64,000 bases of DNA, from the NCBI GenBank assembly GCA_964443875.1, contig CAYUET010000001.1:134992-198991 (forward strand). The letters are read 5' to 3'. The DNA comes from an uncultured bacterium. GTDB lineage: Bacteria > Auribacterota > JAFGBW01. Below are positions 1 to 8,601 of the stretch, one piece after another; positions within the stretch are counted from its first letter, which is position 1, and every line of letters begins with the position of its first letter. The position numbers were made by a program, and so were the translations under genes. The notes below the pieces were generated by a model. The model was not told where the DNA came from. It worked only from the letters and a program-made list of their open reading frames with translations, and searched no databases.

Positions 1-16
1 GAAATACGGTAAGAAT

Positions 17-1996
17 TTGGCTGAAATGGAAGAGCTGAAAACACTTGAAGTGCAATTTTCCAAAACATCCAGTGACCTTGAAGAGACCAAATCCAAACTC
101 TCAATTCTTGAACTGGAAATCCGCACGGCAAGGGAGATCGAAGAAAAAAGAAAACAGAAAGTTGAAGAACTCATTTTAAAGGGAAAAGATGCTCTCGACG
201 GCAAGCGCTTGGAGGAAGCTCTGGATCATTATCTTCATGTCCTGGAAGAGGATCATAAAAATCCGCGAGCCATTCATTATGTTCAGGAAATTAAAACACT
301 GTTAAAAGAACAGGACGCTGAGACAAAGCGAAGAGAGGAAGATGCCCGGAAGATTGCCCAGGAAGCACGCAAGTGTTTTGAAATGGGGAAAAAATACTAC
401 CGGGAGAATAATTTTGAAAAAGCACTGGAAAGCGTCAACACCGCTCTTTCCATCGGTGGAAAAAATTCAGAATTTCTGGATTATAAGGAAAAATGTGAAT
501 TAAGAATTCATGAGATTGAGGAAAATCTCAATCGGGCCAAAAGAGAAATTGAGGAGAAAAAACGTCTTGTTTCTGAATACCAGCTCACGGCGAATACTCA
601 TTTCCGAAAAAAGGAATACGATTCCGGCATACTGCTTCTCGAAAAAGCCCTTTATCTGATCCCGGATAATAAAGAAGTTCAGGAATCCCTCAGACAGGCT
701 GAAAATAAATACAAGGAATTTCTGCAGGTTCAGGAAAAAGACGTCCAGCTGAAAAAACAGAAGCAGGAACAGCTGCGAGAGCTTGAAGTCAAGGCTCTGG
801 AGATGGTCCGGAATGAGGATTATGAGAATGCGATTAAATGCATAGAGCAGGGATTGAAAATATGTCCGGAAAGGGATGACTTCGCATTGTTTTTAAAAGA
901 ACTTAATGAGAAATATCTTACTCACAAAAAATTCTGCGAGGAAAAAGAAGAGAAACAGAATAAGGCAAAACAGGAACGGCAGAATCTTTTAAAGGAATAT
1001 TATGCAAAGGCTCTTCAGGCGTTCATGGTTTGTGACCTCGATCTTGCAGCCAATTATTTCGGAAATGTCATGGTTCTGGATCCTCATTATGAACAGGTTG
1101 AGACTTACCTTCAGAAAATTTCTGATTTGAAAAAAAATATTGAAGCGGAGAAAAAAGAAGCCGAGTTAAAAGCTTTTGAAAAACAGGAGGCCCTTGAAAA
1201 AATCAGAGAGGAAGAAAAAAACAGGAAGAATCAGGAGCTGGTAGAGCTTTTTTCTTCCGCTCTTAAATTAGCAAGTGAAGAAAATTATGAAGGCGCCTTA
1301 ACCCGCTTTGAAAAATGTTATGCCCTTGATCCCTTCAATGAAACCTTCAGGAAAGAAGTTGAAAACACCCGGAAATTCCTCAATGAAAAACGTGTCAGGG
1401 AAAGGCTGGAAAAAGCCAGAGAGGAGGAAAGACGGGAGGAGGAGAAATCCAGGCAGCTTAAAATTCAATTTCATCTGGAGCAGGCGGAAAGCTATTTGAA
1501 TAACAATCACGCCTTGAAGGCAAAAGAGGAATGGGATAAAATTCTTTCTTTGGATTCCTGTAATCAAAAAGCCAGGGACGGCCTGCTTAAATGTGAAAAT
1601 TTTCTCCTTGCAGAAGAACAGAAATGCCTCAGAGAGGAGCAGCTCAAAAAAGAAATCGTCTCCAGAATTGAAAAGATAAACTTTGAAGCCAAATTGCTTC
1701 TTAAAGAGGATAAGTTTTATGAAGCCATTAATCTTTATGAATCAGCCCTGAACCTGGATTCCGGAAATAATGATGCTAAAAACGGAATCCTGGAATGTAA
1801 ACAGTTTCTGTTAAACAAAAACACCTGCGATGAATTAAAAAGCAATGTGGAAAGACTTTTACAGGCTCAGGTCAACCGTCTTGATGAATTGAAACAGACT
1901 ATTTCTGAGGGAGCAAAATTTTATCAGGAAAAGGATTATTCAAAAGCTTTGGGAATCTGGAACAGTATTACTCATCAGCTAAAAAAACAGGATTAA
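17..1996 (+). CDS. Lys/Glu-rich coiled-coil TPR-repeat protein. The reading frame is open back to the window edge, so the true start may lie upstream.
   Basis: 659-aa ORF. Recurring A-x-x-Y-x-x-A-L-x-L-D-P TPR-like motifs (ALDHYLHVLEED, NAIKCIEQGLKICPE, ALTRFEKCYALDPF) alternate with long K/E-rich coiled-coil stretches. No stop codon between position 2 and 17 in this frame. The stop lies 4 nt before the next start. Confidence 0.6.
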   Translation: MAEMEELKTLEVQFSKTSSDLEETKSKLSILELEIRTAREIEEKRKQKVEELILKGKDALDGKRLEEALDHYLHVLEEDHKNPRAIHYVQEIKTLLKEQDAETKRREEDARKIAQEARKCFEMGKKYYRENNFEKALESVNTALSIGGKNSEFLDYKEKCELRIHEIEENLNRAKREIEEKKRLVSEYQLTANTHFRKKEYDSGILLLEKALYLIPDNKEVQESLRQAENKYKEFLQVQEKDVQLKKQKQEQLRELEVKALEMVRNEDYENAIKCIEQGLKICPERDDFALFLKELNEKYLTHKKFCEEKEEKQNKAKQERQNLLKEYYAKALQAFMVCDLDLAANYFGNVMVLDPHYEQVETYLQKISDLKKNIEAEKKEAELKAFEKQEALEKIREEEKNRKNQELVELFSSALKLASEENYEGALTRFEKCYALDPFNETFRKEVENTRKFLNEKRVRERLEKAREEERREEEKSRQLKIQFHLEQAESYLNNNHALKAKEEWDKILSLDSCNQKARDGLLKCENFLLAEEQKCLREEQLKKEIVSRIEKINFEAKLLLKEDKFYEAINLYESALNLDSGNNDAKNGILECKQFLLNKNTCDELKSNVERLLQAQVNRLDELKQTISEGAKFYQEKDYSKALGIWNSITHQLKKQD

Positions 1997-2000
1997 TTCC

Positions 2001-4163
2001 ATGCCAGAGGGCGAAAGCAATAAAAATCAAAAGGGCGGGGAAAGCAGGAATCTGGATTCTCTTAAAAATGTCAATCTGGATGCCATTTCTTCCTCTTTAA
2101 ATGAAGCCTCTGCAGAAATAAATGAAAAGCAGAAAGAACTTGACGGACTTGAGGAGCAGAAAAAAAAGGTTCTTGAAAAGCTGAATCAGAAAATTTCCCT
2201 AATCAAAAAGCAGACCGATGATGCTTTTCAGAAAATGAAAAATTTTTCCTGGGACGAGGCTCTCTTATGCTGGAATAAAGTTCTTGAAATTGATCCTGAA
2301 AATGAAGAGGCAAAGAAAGGATTGACCGAGTGTCAGGCTCAAAAAGAAGCCGCCCCGAAAACACCTGTTGCCGCAACCTCTTCTCCCGGAACCTTGAACC
2401 AGGAGGATCTGGATAAGCTTCTTTCGGAAGGCCGGGCGGCTTCCGGAATCGGCGGGGTTATGAGCCAGGAGGAGCTGGATAAATTACTTTTTTCCGGAGG
2501 ATTAACCCCTTCTTCAGAGCCTGCAAAAGAGGCCCCTGTTTCTCCGTCTGAAGAAAAGCCTTCTGAGACTTTAAGCCAGGAAGAACTGGATAAACTGATT
2601 TTCGGAGACAATCCTCCTCCTAAAACTGATAGTGGAAAACTTACTGTGGATAAGGGAAAGGAGCCTTCTTCTTTGACTCCGGAAGCTCATGCGGATAAAC
2701 CTATGTCGCAGGATGAACTGGATGCCATGCTGAACAATTTTTCCAAAGAAGGCATTCCTGAGATTTATTCACAATCGGGGAAGGAAACGAAAAACGAAGG
2801 TAGTAAAAAAGAACCTCAGGAACCTGAGATGCTTTCTCAAAACCAGATTGATGCCCTTCTGGGGATTGCAACACCCGCAAGCGAACCTTCTGCTGATTTA
2901 AGTGGCGAGATGATGACTCAGGAGGAACTGGATAAATTTTTAAATCCTTCTCCGGCCGCTGTTCCGGCCAAGGAAACAGTTTCACCGCAGACAAAAGAGC
3001 CTCCCTCTGAACCTCCTAAGGCAGAACAATCGACACCAGCAGAGGTCTGGAAGCTAAATACAAACGATGCGGATCTCTTTCAGTTAGGCTCGGCATTAAG
3101 TTCTCTGGCGTATATCGTGCCGATTAAAAATATCGTTGAGGATCCTTTATCCGAGCTTCATCCGCCTGAAAACATTCATTATGCGGAAGTGATGGATGAC
3201 TCAAAAAATATCGATGAAGTATTTAAGGAAATGGCTACAAGCACCGGTCTTGATTTGAACGAGGTTTCTAAAATGGGGGATACCATTGCCGCAAATGTGT
3301 CTCAGGAAATGAAATCCATTCCCTTAGAAATGACTACGGAAGGGGCTGAATCTCCGGTTTCTGAAAGTGTTGCTCTTGCCGCCAGAAAAACAAAGCCCGG
3401 CTTGACTGAAATACTGTCCGATGTCAAGATGGTGAAGGATTCCGGGGGTTCTCTGAAATTTTTCTATGTCTTAAAATGGCTTGTTGTTGTTTTAGGATTC
3501 GGTTTTGTCTGCACGCTGACTTCCACATTGATTTTATATTCAAGATTAACGGATTCTGTCCGGGGAAAACCAGTGATAAAAACAGAGGTATCTTCCGATG
3601 CAATAATAGAAGCTATCCTGACAGAAGGTAATAAATATTTAGAGGAAGGGGAGTATCAAAAGGCCTGGGATATTCTTTTTTCCATCTCTGATCAGTACCC
3701 CTCAACGTCTAGTATGATTAATAATTTTTATAAAGCTGCAGATTTGTTTAATGATAAATGTAAAAATAGAGAAGATCTGGTTCAGGAGGATTATCTTAAA
3801 ATTTCCCGTTTGTATGAACAGATTGTCGATCAGTTTCAGGGTAGTAATAAAACAGAAAGAGCAAGTTACCTTGCGGCTGAAAATTATTATATGGCAGGTA
3901 TTTATCATAAATCTTATGAAATGTATTTTAGAATTGTATCTAGAAATCCTGAATCGGATTATTATCAGTCTGCTTTGCTGCAATGTGCAAAAATATTACT
4001 CATTGAGAATAAATTTAAAGAAGCCAGAGATGCTTATCTTAAGGTGGTTCAGGAGTTTCCAGATACAGCTGCCGCAAGGATGTCCCAGCTGGATATCGCC
4101 AAAACCTATCAGCTTGAAGCCTTGAATATTAAAAATCAGTTTCATTTTTCAGAAAAACGCTAA
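2001..4163 (+). CDS. Membrane-anchored protein with six tandem FliM/FliY-type CheY-P docking-like motifs, one TM helix and a C-terminal TPR-like domain
   Basis: Motif copies: aa 132-141 LNQEDLDKLL, 154-163 MSQEELDKLL, 191-200 LSQEELDKLI, 235-244 MSQDELDAML, 278-287 LSQNQIDALL, 305-314 MTQEELDKFL. They are separated by P/S/E/K-rich low-complexity linkers. A hydrophobic helix lies at about aa 488-513 (FFYVLKWLVVVLGFGFVCTLTSTLILY). The C-terminal ~200 aa are TPR-like (YQKAWDILFSISDQYP, YLAAENYYMAGIYHKSYEMYFRIVSRNPES, ARDAYLKVVQEFPD). Confidence 0.7.
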   Translation: MPEGESNKNQKGGESRNLDSLKNVNLDAISSSLNEASAEINEKQKELDGLEEQKKKVLEKLNQKISLIKKQTDDAFQKMKNFSWDEALLCWNKVLEIDPENEEAKKGLTECQAQKEAAPKTPVAATSSPGTLNQEDLDKLLSEGRAASGIGGVMSQEELDKLLFSGGLTPSSEPAKEAPVSPSEEKPSETLSQEELDKLIFGDNPPPKTDSGKLTVDKGKEPSSLTPEAHADKPMSQDELDAMLNNFSKEGIPEIYSQSGKETKNEGSKKEPQEPEMLSQNQIDALLGIATPASEPSADLSGEMMTQEELDKFLNPSPAAVPAKETVSPQTKEPPSEPPKAEQSTPAEVWKLNTNDADLFQLGSALSSLAYIVPIKNIVEDPLSELHPPENIHYAEVMDDSKNIDEVFKEMATSTGLDLNEVSKMGDTIAANVSQEMKSIPLEMTTEGAESPVSESVALAARKTKPGLTEILSDVKMVKDSGGSLKFFYVLKWLVVVLGFGFVCTLTSTLILYSRLTDSVRGKPVIKTEVSSDAIIEAILTEGNKYLEEGEYQKAWDILFSISDQYPSTSSMINNFYKAADLFNDKCKNREDLVQEDYLKISRLYEQIVDQFQGSNKTERASYLAAENYYMAGIYHKSYEMYFRIVSRNPESDYYQSALLQCAKILLIENKFKEARDAYLKVVQEFPDTAAARMSQLDIAKTYQLEALNIKNQFHFSEKR
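2394..2942 (+). repeat. In-frame array of six ~30-nt coding repeats (consensus CAGGAGGAACTGGATAAACTGCTT, encoding SQEELDKLL) spaced 60-130 nt apart
   Basis: Direct reading of the nucleotide and protein sequence. Copies begin at about 2394, 2460, 2571, 2703, 2832 and 2913. Confidence 0.85.
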
Positions 4164-4177
4164 CATTTCATTCGAAT

Positions 4178-4193
4178 TGGAATAAGATTTGCA
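4178..4193 (+). promoter_or_regulatory. Candidate sigma-54 (-24/-12) promoter TGGAATAAGATTTGCA, 49 nt upstream of the TPR lipoprotein start
   Basis: Matches the GG-N10-GC spacing of the TGGCACG-N4-TTGCA consensus: T1 G2 G3 A5 T12 T13 G14 C15 A16 conserved. A sigma-54 activator is encoded 4.4 kb downstream. Confidence 0.45.
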
Positions 4194-4241
4194 TAATTAA
4201 TTTGTTGTTTAAAAATACAACAATTTACTTCAACGGAAAAA

Positions 4242-6815
4242 ATGAAAATAGTTCGTCTTACAATTATCACTCTTTTATGTTTTATGTTTTCCTGCGGAAG
4301 TCTTTTTTCTTTTCAAATTTTTAAACCTAAAGCTAAAAATGCCAATGAACAGAAACAGCCCAAGAAAAAACTTTTTGGAGACTCCAAAAAGGTTAAATAC
4401 AAAAATATTCTGAAAGAAGCGGAAAAAGCCTATAATAACCAGGAATATGAGACGGCGCTAACTCTTTATCGCAAAGTATTGGTGATAAAACCTAAAAATG
4501 AACTGGCTATCCAAAGAATCAATGAGATCAATAAATGGACGGCATTGCTTGATAAAAAATTAAAGGCCAAGGATAAAAAATATAAATCAAGAATTAAAAA
4601 AATTAAATCCATTTCGTCAAAAAAAACAGTGGAAGCCAAAAAACTCGGTCAGCAGAAAATAAAATTGGAACAGAATATTGCCCTTGAAAAAAAGAAGCAA
4701 AAGCACTGGATGTCGGCTGCAACTTATTCCAATATGCTTTATGAGGCGGCTCTGTCACTTTCTCAGAAGGATTTCAAAAAAGCCCATTCTCTTACCACTA
4801 AAATCCTTATGGCAAGGCCCGATTCCATTGAAGCCAGGGATCTTTTGCATCGCATTTCAAATGCCGAGGATGAGTGGTATGAAATTCAAAAATTAAAGAC
4901 TGCTTTGGAGGATACCCAGAAAAAGTTAATCGAAGAAGCAAAAAAAAAGGCTGAAGAGAAAGCGATAGAAAAAAAAGAAGAGGAAAGGAAAAAACAAATA
5001 AAAGAGTCATCTCCTGAAAAAAAAGGGGAGACTCCTCCTGTTCTCGATAGCGAGGATATGATTGCTAAAAAAATCAAATCAGCCCTTGATGAAATTGTCG
5101 GCGGACGTTTTACTGCAGCCGATTTTATCACGGATACCCATAAACTTAAAGAAGTTGAGATGGATTTTTTAAATGAACAGTCTGTGGTCATTTACCAGAA
5201 GTCCGTCCAGGAATACGAAAAGGATGAAAAGGCGGGGAATTTGCTGAATTATAACATCAGGGATCTTAAAAATTACAAAAAAAGAATTTCTGAAGCGTAT
5301 TATTGGATAGGGAAATATTACGCAGGAAAAAACAAGACAAAAGAGGCGATTCAAAATTTTAAAATCCTTCAGGAAAAATTCAAGGATTCTGATTATCTTC
5401 ACTCTTCTTTGTATGCACTTGGGATTATTTATTTAAACAGCAATGAGTTAAAAACAGCGTTGAAATATTTTGAGGGAGTTGTGGATATCCCCAAGATCCT
5501 GGATAACACTGAAAGCTTGTCACAGGCTCAGGTTCTGCAGGAGGAGCATGAAAAAACAGTTCTGAATTCCTATCAGAAAATCGGACAGATTTATCACAGG
5601 CTTAAAAATTATGCTCTGGCCGTTGAAACCTACAGAAGTATTTCCGACAAATATCCTGAAAATGCATCGCTTCAGCTGGAAGGCGAAATTCTTACCGGCG
5701 AAACTTATTTGGATCAGGCCTTATATGAAAAGGCCCTGGAATTATATACGGAGGTTCTGGATAAGGCGACAGATCCCCGGCAGATTGAAAGGGCTCAATA
5801 CAACAGGGCGGCGGCTTTTCTCGGGCTTTCAAAATTTGAGCTGGCAAGAACGGATCTTCAAAGTATTATTACAGAAAACCCTCTCAACACCCTTCAATCC
5901 GATGCCGCCTATCTTCTGGCGGAAAGTTTTTTTATTCAGAACAATTTTCCAAAAGCCATTATTTTTTTCAACAAAGCACTGAATGAATACCCGGATTCCG
6001 ATAAAAAATTCCGTGCAAAAATTCTTCTCGCCAAATCCTATTCAAAATCAACGCTTTTTGAAAAAGCCATACCTTTGTTTGAAGACATTATTGACCGCCG
6101 GATCAAGGAATGGACTCCGGATGCCTTTTGCGAACTGGGTGAGATTTATCTTCAACAGCTGAAATATTCCGACTCCAGAAATGCCTTTTCCGAGCTGATT
6201 ACTTCTTTCCCTGACCATGTGCTGACGAAAAAAGCCAGGTTTCTGGTGGGGGATACTTTTTTTTCCGAGAAAAAATATTCTCCGGCTGAAAAACAGTACA
6301 GAACAGCGTTAAGGTCGGATTCGCTGACTCTGGAGGGGCATATCGCAAAATACAGAATTTCCTTTTGTCTGAAAGAATTAAAGAAAGACGAGCTTTATGA
6401 AAAATATACCGGAGATCTTTTAACTCTTGATGATTATTCCAGAAAAATCTGGGACCAGGATAAGAATCCCCAGAGGGCGGAGTTTAAAAAATATTATTAT
6501 AAGCTTCTGTTTGATTATGGCTGCTGGACTATGGAAAAGAAAAAATACAACAAGGCTGAAAAAATACTTAAAAGGGTGGTTTCGGAATTTTCAGAAGGTG
6601 AGGATTCCCACCAGGCGGATTATCTTATCGGAAAAATATACGAACTTAAAAACTTGAAACAGAAAGCACTGGAACATTACGGGACTGTTTCCAGCTATCA
6701 GGACTTCTGGGGCGAGCAGGCAGGATTTCAATTAAAAAAACTGGAATGGGAAAAAAAATATCAGAACCAGGCTGAAGAATTGAAAGGAATGACCTCTGAA
6801 TCCAAATCAAATTAA
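4242..6815 (+). CDS. Large TPR-repeat lipoprotein or secreted protein with a Lys-rich coiled-coil N-terminal region
   Basis: 857 aa. N-terminus MKIVRLTIITLLCFMFSCGS looks like a signal peptide with a lipobox-like F-S-C. Numerous TPR-like repeats run through the C-terminal 600 aa (YEKALELYTEVL, AAYLLAESFFIQNNFPKAIIFFNKALNEYPDS, AFCELGEIYLQQLKYSDSRNAFSELITSFPD). Confidence 0.65.
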   Translation: MKIVRLTIITLLCFMFSCGSLFSFQIFKPKAKNANEQKQPKKKLFGDSKKVKYKNILKEAEKAYNNQEYETALTLYRKVLVIKPKNELAIQRINEINKWTALLDKKLKAKDKKYKSRIKKIKSISSKKTVEAKKLGQQKIKLEQNIALEKKKQKHWMSAATYSNMLYEAALSLSQKDFKKAHSLTTKILMARPDSIEARDLLHRISNAEDEWYEIQKLKTALEDTQKKLIEEAKKKAEEKAIEKKEEERKKQIKESSPEKKGETPPVLDSEDMIAKKIKSALDEIVGGRFTAADFITDTHKLKEVEMDFLNEQSVVIYQKSVQEYEKDEKAGNLLNYNIRDLKNYKKRISEAYYWIGKYYAGKNKTKEAIQNFKILQEKFKDSDYLHSSLYALGIIYLNSNELKTALKYFEGVVDIPKILDNTESLSQAQVLQEEHEKTVLNSYQKIGQIYHRLKNYALAVETYRSISDKYPENASLQLEGEILTGETYLDQALYEKALELYTEVLDKATDPRQIERAQYNRAAAFLGLSKFELARTDLQSIITENPLNTLQSDAAYLLAESFFIQNNFPKAIIFFNKALNEYPDSDKKFRAKILLAKSYSKSTLFEKAIPLFEDIIDRRIKEWTPDAFCELGEIYLQQLKYSDSRNAFSELITSFPDHVLTKKARFLVGDTFFSEKKYSPAEKQYRTALRSDSLTLEGHIAKYRISFCLKELKKDELYEKYTGDLLTLDDYSRKIWDQDKNPQRAEFKKYYYKLLFDYGCWTMEKKKYNKAEKILKRVVSEFSEGEDSHQADYLIGKIYELKNLKQKALEHYGTVSSYQDFWGEQAGFQLKKLEWEKKYQNQAEELKGMTSESKSN

Positions 6816-6822
6816 AGATCTT

Positions 6823-7221
6823 ATGGAGGGGCTTCATAAGGAAATTGAAATGTATTCAGAAATACGTTCTTTTTCCCTGAAGGAAAATACGCTTCTGAAG
6901 AAATCCGCACCGCTCAAAACAGTATACAGTTTTATTCCTTATAAAGTAAAAATACTGGAAGATATTCAGCACACGGAAGAAAGGATCGCTTCGTTGAAAA
7001 CCCTGTGGATGGAATGCCGGGAACAGAAAATTCCTCTTCCCGGGGAATTGAATGTTCTGCTGAAAACAATTGAAAAGATACTCGGGGAAACCATAGAGCT
7101 CGATGAGCAGAATAAAAATTTAATGAGCCGGTATATCCGTGGACTCGGGCATTTCAATACAGCCTCGGATCCTGAATTGAATTACAGCAGGGCGGTAAAT
7201 GCGTATAAAGGGAAGTATTGA
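6823..7221 (+). CDS. Hypothetical 132-aa protein located between the TPR lipoprotein and the flagellar two-component system
   Basis: ORF with no recognisable motifs. Its size and position would fit a small flagellar chaperone or regulator, but there is no sequence support for that. Confidence 0.35.
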   Translation: MEGLHKEIEMYSEIRSFSLKENTLLKKSAPLKTVYSFIPYKVKILEDIQHTEERIASLKTLWMECREQKIPLPGELNVLLKTIEKILGETIELDEQNKNLMSRYIRGLGHFNTASDPELNYSRAVNAYKGKY

Positions 7222-7248
7222 TTATTTATGAAGGGAAGTCTATAATTC

Positions 7249-8598
7249 ATGCATACCCCCGAGGTTCAAAATTCAGGAAAGAAACGCTTCATGAAAAAAT
7301 TTTTTGAAACACCGGAACAGAATTTAAATCAAACGATACAGAAAGCATTTGAAGAGTTTAATGAAAAAAGTCAGAAACTGACCAATGCCTATAATGATCT
7401 GAAAAAAGAAGTGGCCAGGGTTAATCTCGAGCTGGAAAATAAAAACAGGGAACTCGAAAATAAAAACAGGGAACTGGACCGGGCAAAAGTTTTTCTCGAC
7501 AGTGTGTTTCAGGGCATGATCAACGGCATTATGGTTTTGGATAAAGAGGCGAAAATCATCAAGGTCAATGAGTCGCTTTTAAAACTGATCAAAAAAGAAG
7601 AAACGGATCTTCTGTGCAGAAATATTCATGAAATTAATGAATTAAAACCTTTTTTGCGATTTTTTGAATCTTCCAAACATTCGGATTCTAAAACCATCTA
7701 CAGCGCATGCCGTTTGACCATTGAAAACGAGGTTTTATGGCTGGAACTTTCAGGATCCGGTGTCGGAGAGGATTTTATTCTTGTGGTTCATAATTTGACC
7801 GAAGTCAGGGATTTAAGAAAACAGCTTGTCCAGAATGCTTCCATGGCAGGTCTGGGCGAAATGGCGGTTACCGTTGCACATGAAATCCGCAACCCGCTGG
7901 GGGGGATTGAAGGTTTTGCCTCTCTTTTGAAAAGGGATCTGGCCGATAATCCCAAACATCTTCAGCTTCTTGAGAAAATCATCAGCGGGGTCAGGCATCT
8001 GAACCAGTTTATCGGCGGATTATTGACATTTTCAAAGCCTATTCCCATTCATCCCCGTGCTGTTGATCTGAATTTGGCAATCCACAAAGCGATTCATTAT
8101 TCAGGAAAAAATGAAGAATTGGATAAATATCCACAGGTTTCAATCCTCACCCAGACAGACGAAGAAATTCATCTTTCAACAGACCCGGATCTCATTCAGC
8201 AGTTACTGATTAATCTTTTACTCAATGCTTTTCAGATTATGAACAATGAAGGTACTGTAAAAATTTTTCTTAAATCCGTAGAGCATCTTGGGGATTATAA
8301 AGATACTACCGCATTAAAAACCATAAAAAGTCTTAATTATGATCCTCTCAAAAAGGGGATTTTAATTTCTGTATCCGACTCAGGTCCGGGAATAACGCCG
8401 GAAATAGGTAAAAAATTATTTTCGCCTTTTTTTACGACAAAAGCGTTTGGAACAGGGATAGGTCTTTCAATGGTTCATAAAATTGTTGATACCCTTGAAG
8501 GAAAAATTGATACTTATTCAAAAAGTGAATTAGGAGGAGCGGAATTCAGAATTCTGCTGCCGGAGCTTGCGATGATTGAACCTCAAAAACAGGATTAG
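7249..8598 (+). CDS. Soluble PAS-domain sensor histidine kinase, FlgS/FlrB/FleS-like by context
   Basis: No TM segments. PAS-like segment (LDSVFQGMINGIMVLDKEAKIIKVNESL). H-box HEIRNPLGGIEGFASLL. HATPase_c G-boxes (DSGPGITPEIGKKLFSPFFTTK, GTGIGLSMVHKIV). Sits immediately upstream of the sigma-54 response regulator and the flagellar rod genes. Confidence 0.8.
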   Translation: MHTPEVQNSGKKRFMKKFFETPEQNLNQTIQKAFEEFNEKSQKLTNAYNDLKKEVARVNLELENKNRELENKNRELDRAKVFLDSVFQGMINGIMVLDKEAKIIKVNESLLKLIKKEETDLLCRNIHEINELKPFLRFFESSKHSDSKTIYSACRLTIENEVLWLELSGSGVGEDFILVVHNLTEVRDLRKQLVQNASMAGLGEMAVTVAHEIRNPLGGIEGFASLLKRDLADNPKHLQLLEKIISGVRHLNQFIGGLLTFSKPIPIHPRAVDLNLAIHKAIHYSGKNEELDKYPQVSILTQTDEEIHLSTDPDLIQQLLINLLLNAFQIMNNEGTVKIFLKSVEHLGDYKDTTALKTIKSLNYDPLKKGILISVSDSGPGITPEIGKKLFSPFFTTKAFGTGIGLSMVHKIVDTLEGKIDTYSKSELGGAEFRILLPELAMIEPQKQD

Positions 8599-8601
8599 AA
8601 A

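Noticed and set aside
1298-1567. Antisense and same-strand small ORFs nested inside large genes (1298-1567, 2339-2611, 2701-2994, 3702-4125, 13422-13988, 38098-38538, 47291-47791, 58216-58845 and the similar 60-200-aa ORFs in the track)
   Set aside because: Each lies fully inside a longer ORF with clear family motifs. Their own translations are low-complexity (S/P/F-rich) with no motifs. They are six-frame noise in a gene-dense region.
2394-2942. Possible CRISPR-like or minisatellite array because of the regularly spaced ~30-nt repeats
   Set aside because: The repeats are in-frame within a continuous ORF and encode a conserved peptide, the spacing is irregular (60-130 nt), and there is no cas gene. 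They are protein-coding repeats.
6823-7221. Calling the 132-aa ORF a FlgN/FliS-type flagellar chaperone
   Set aside because: Only size and genomic position support it. No family motif is recognisable by eye, so it is left as hypothetical.
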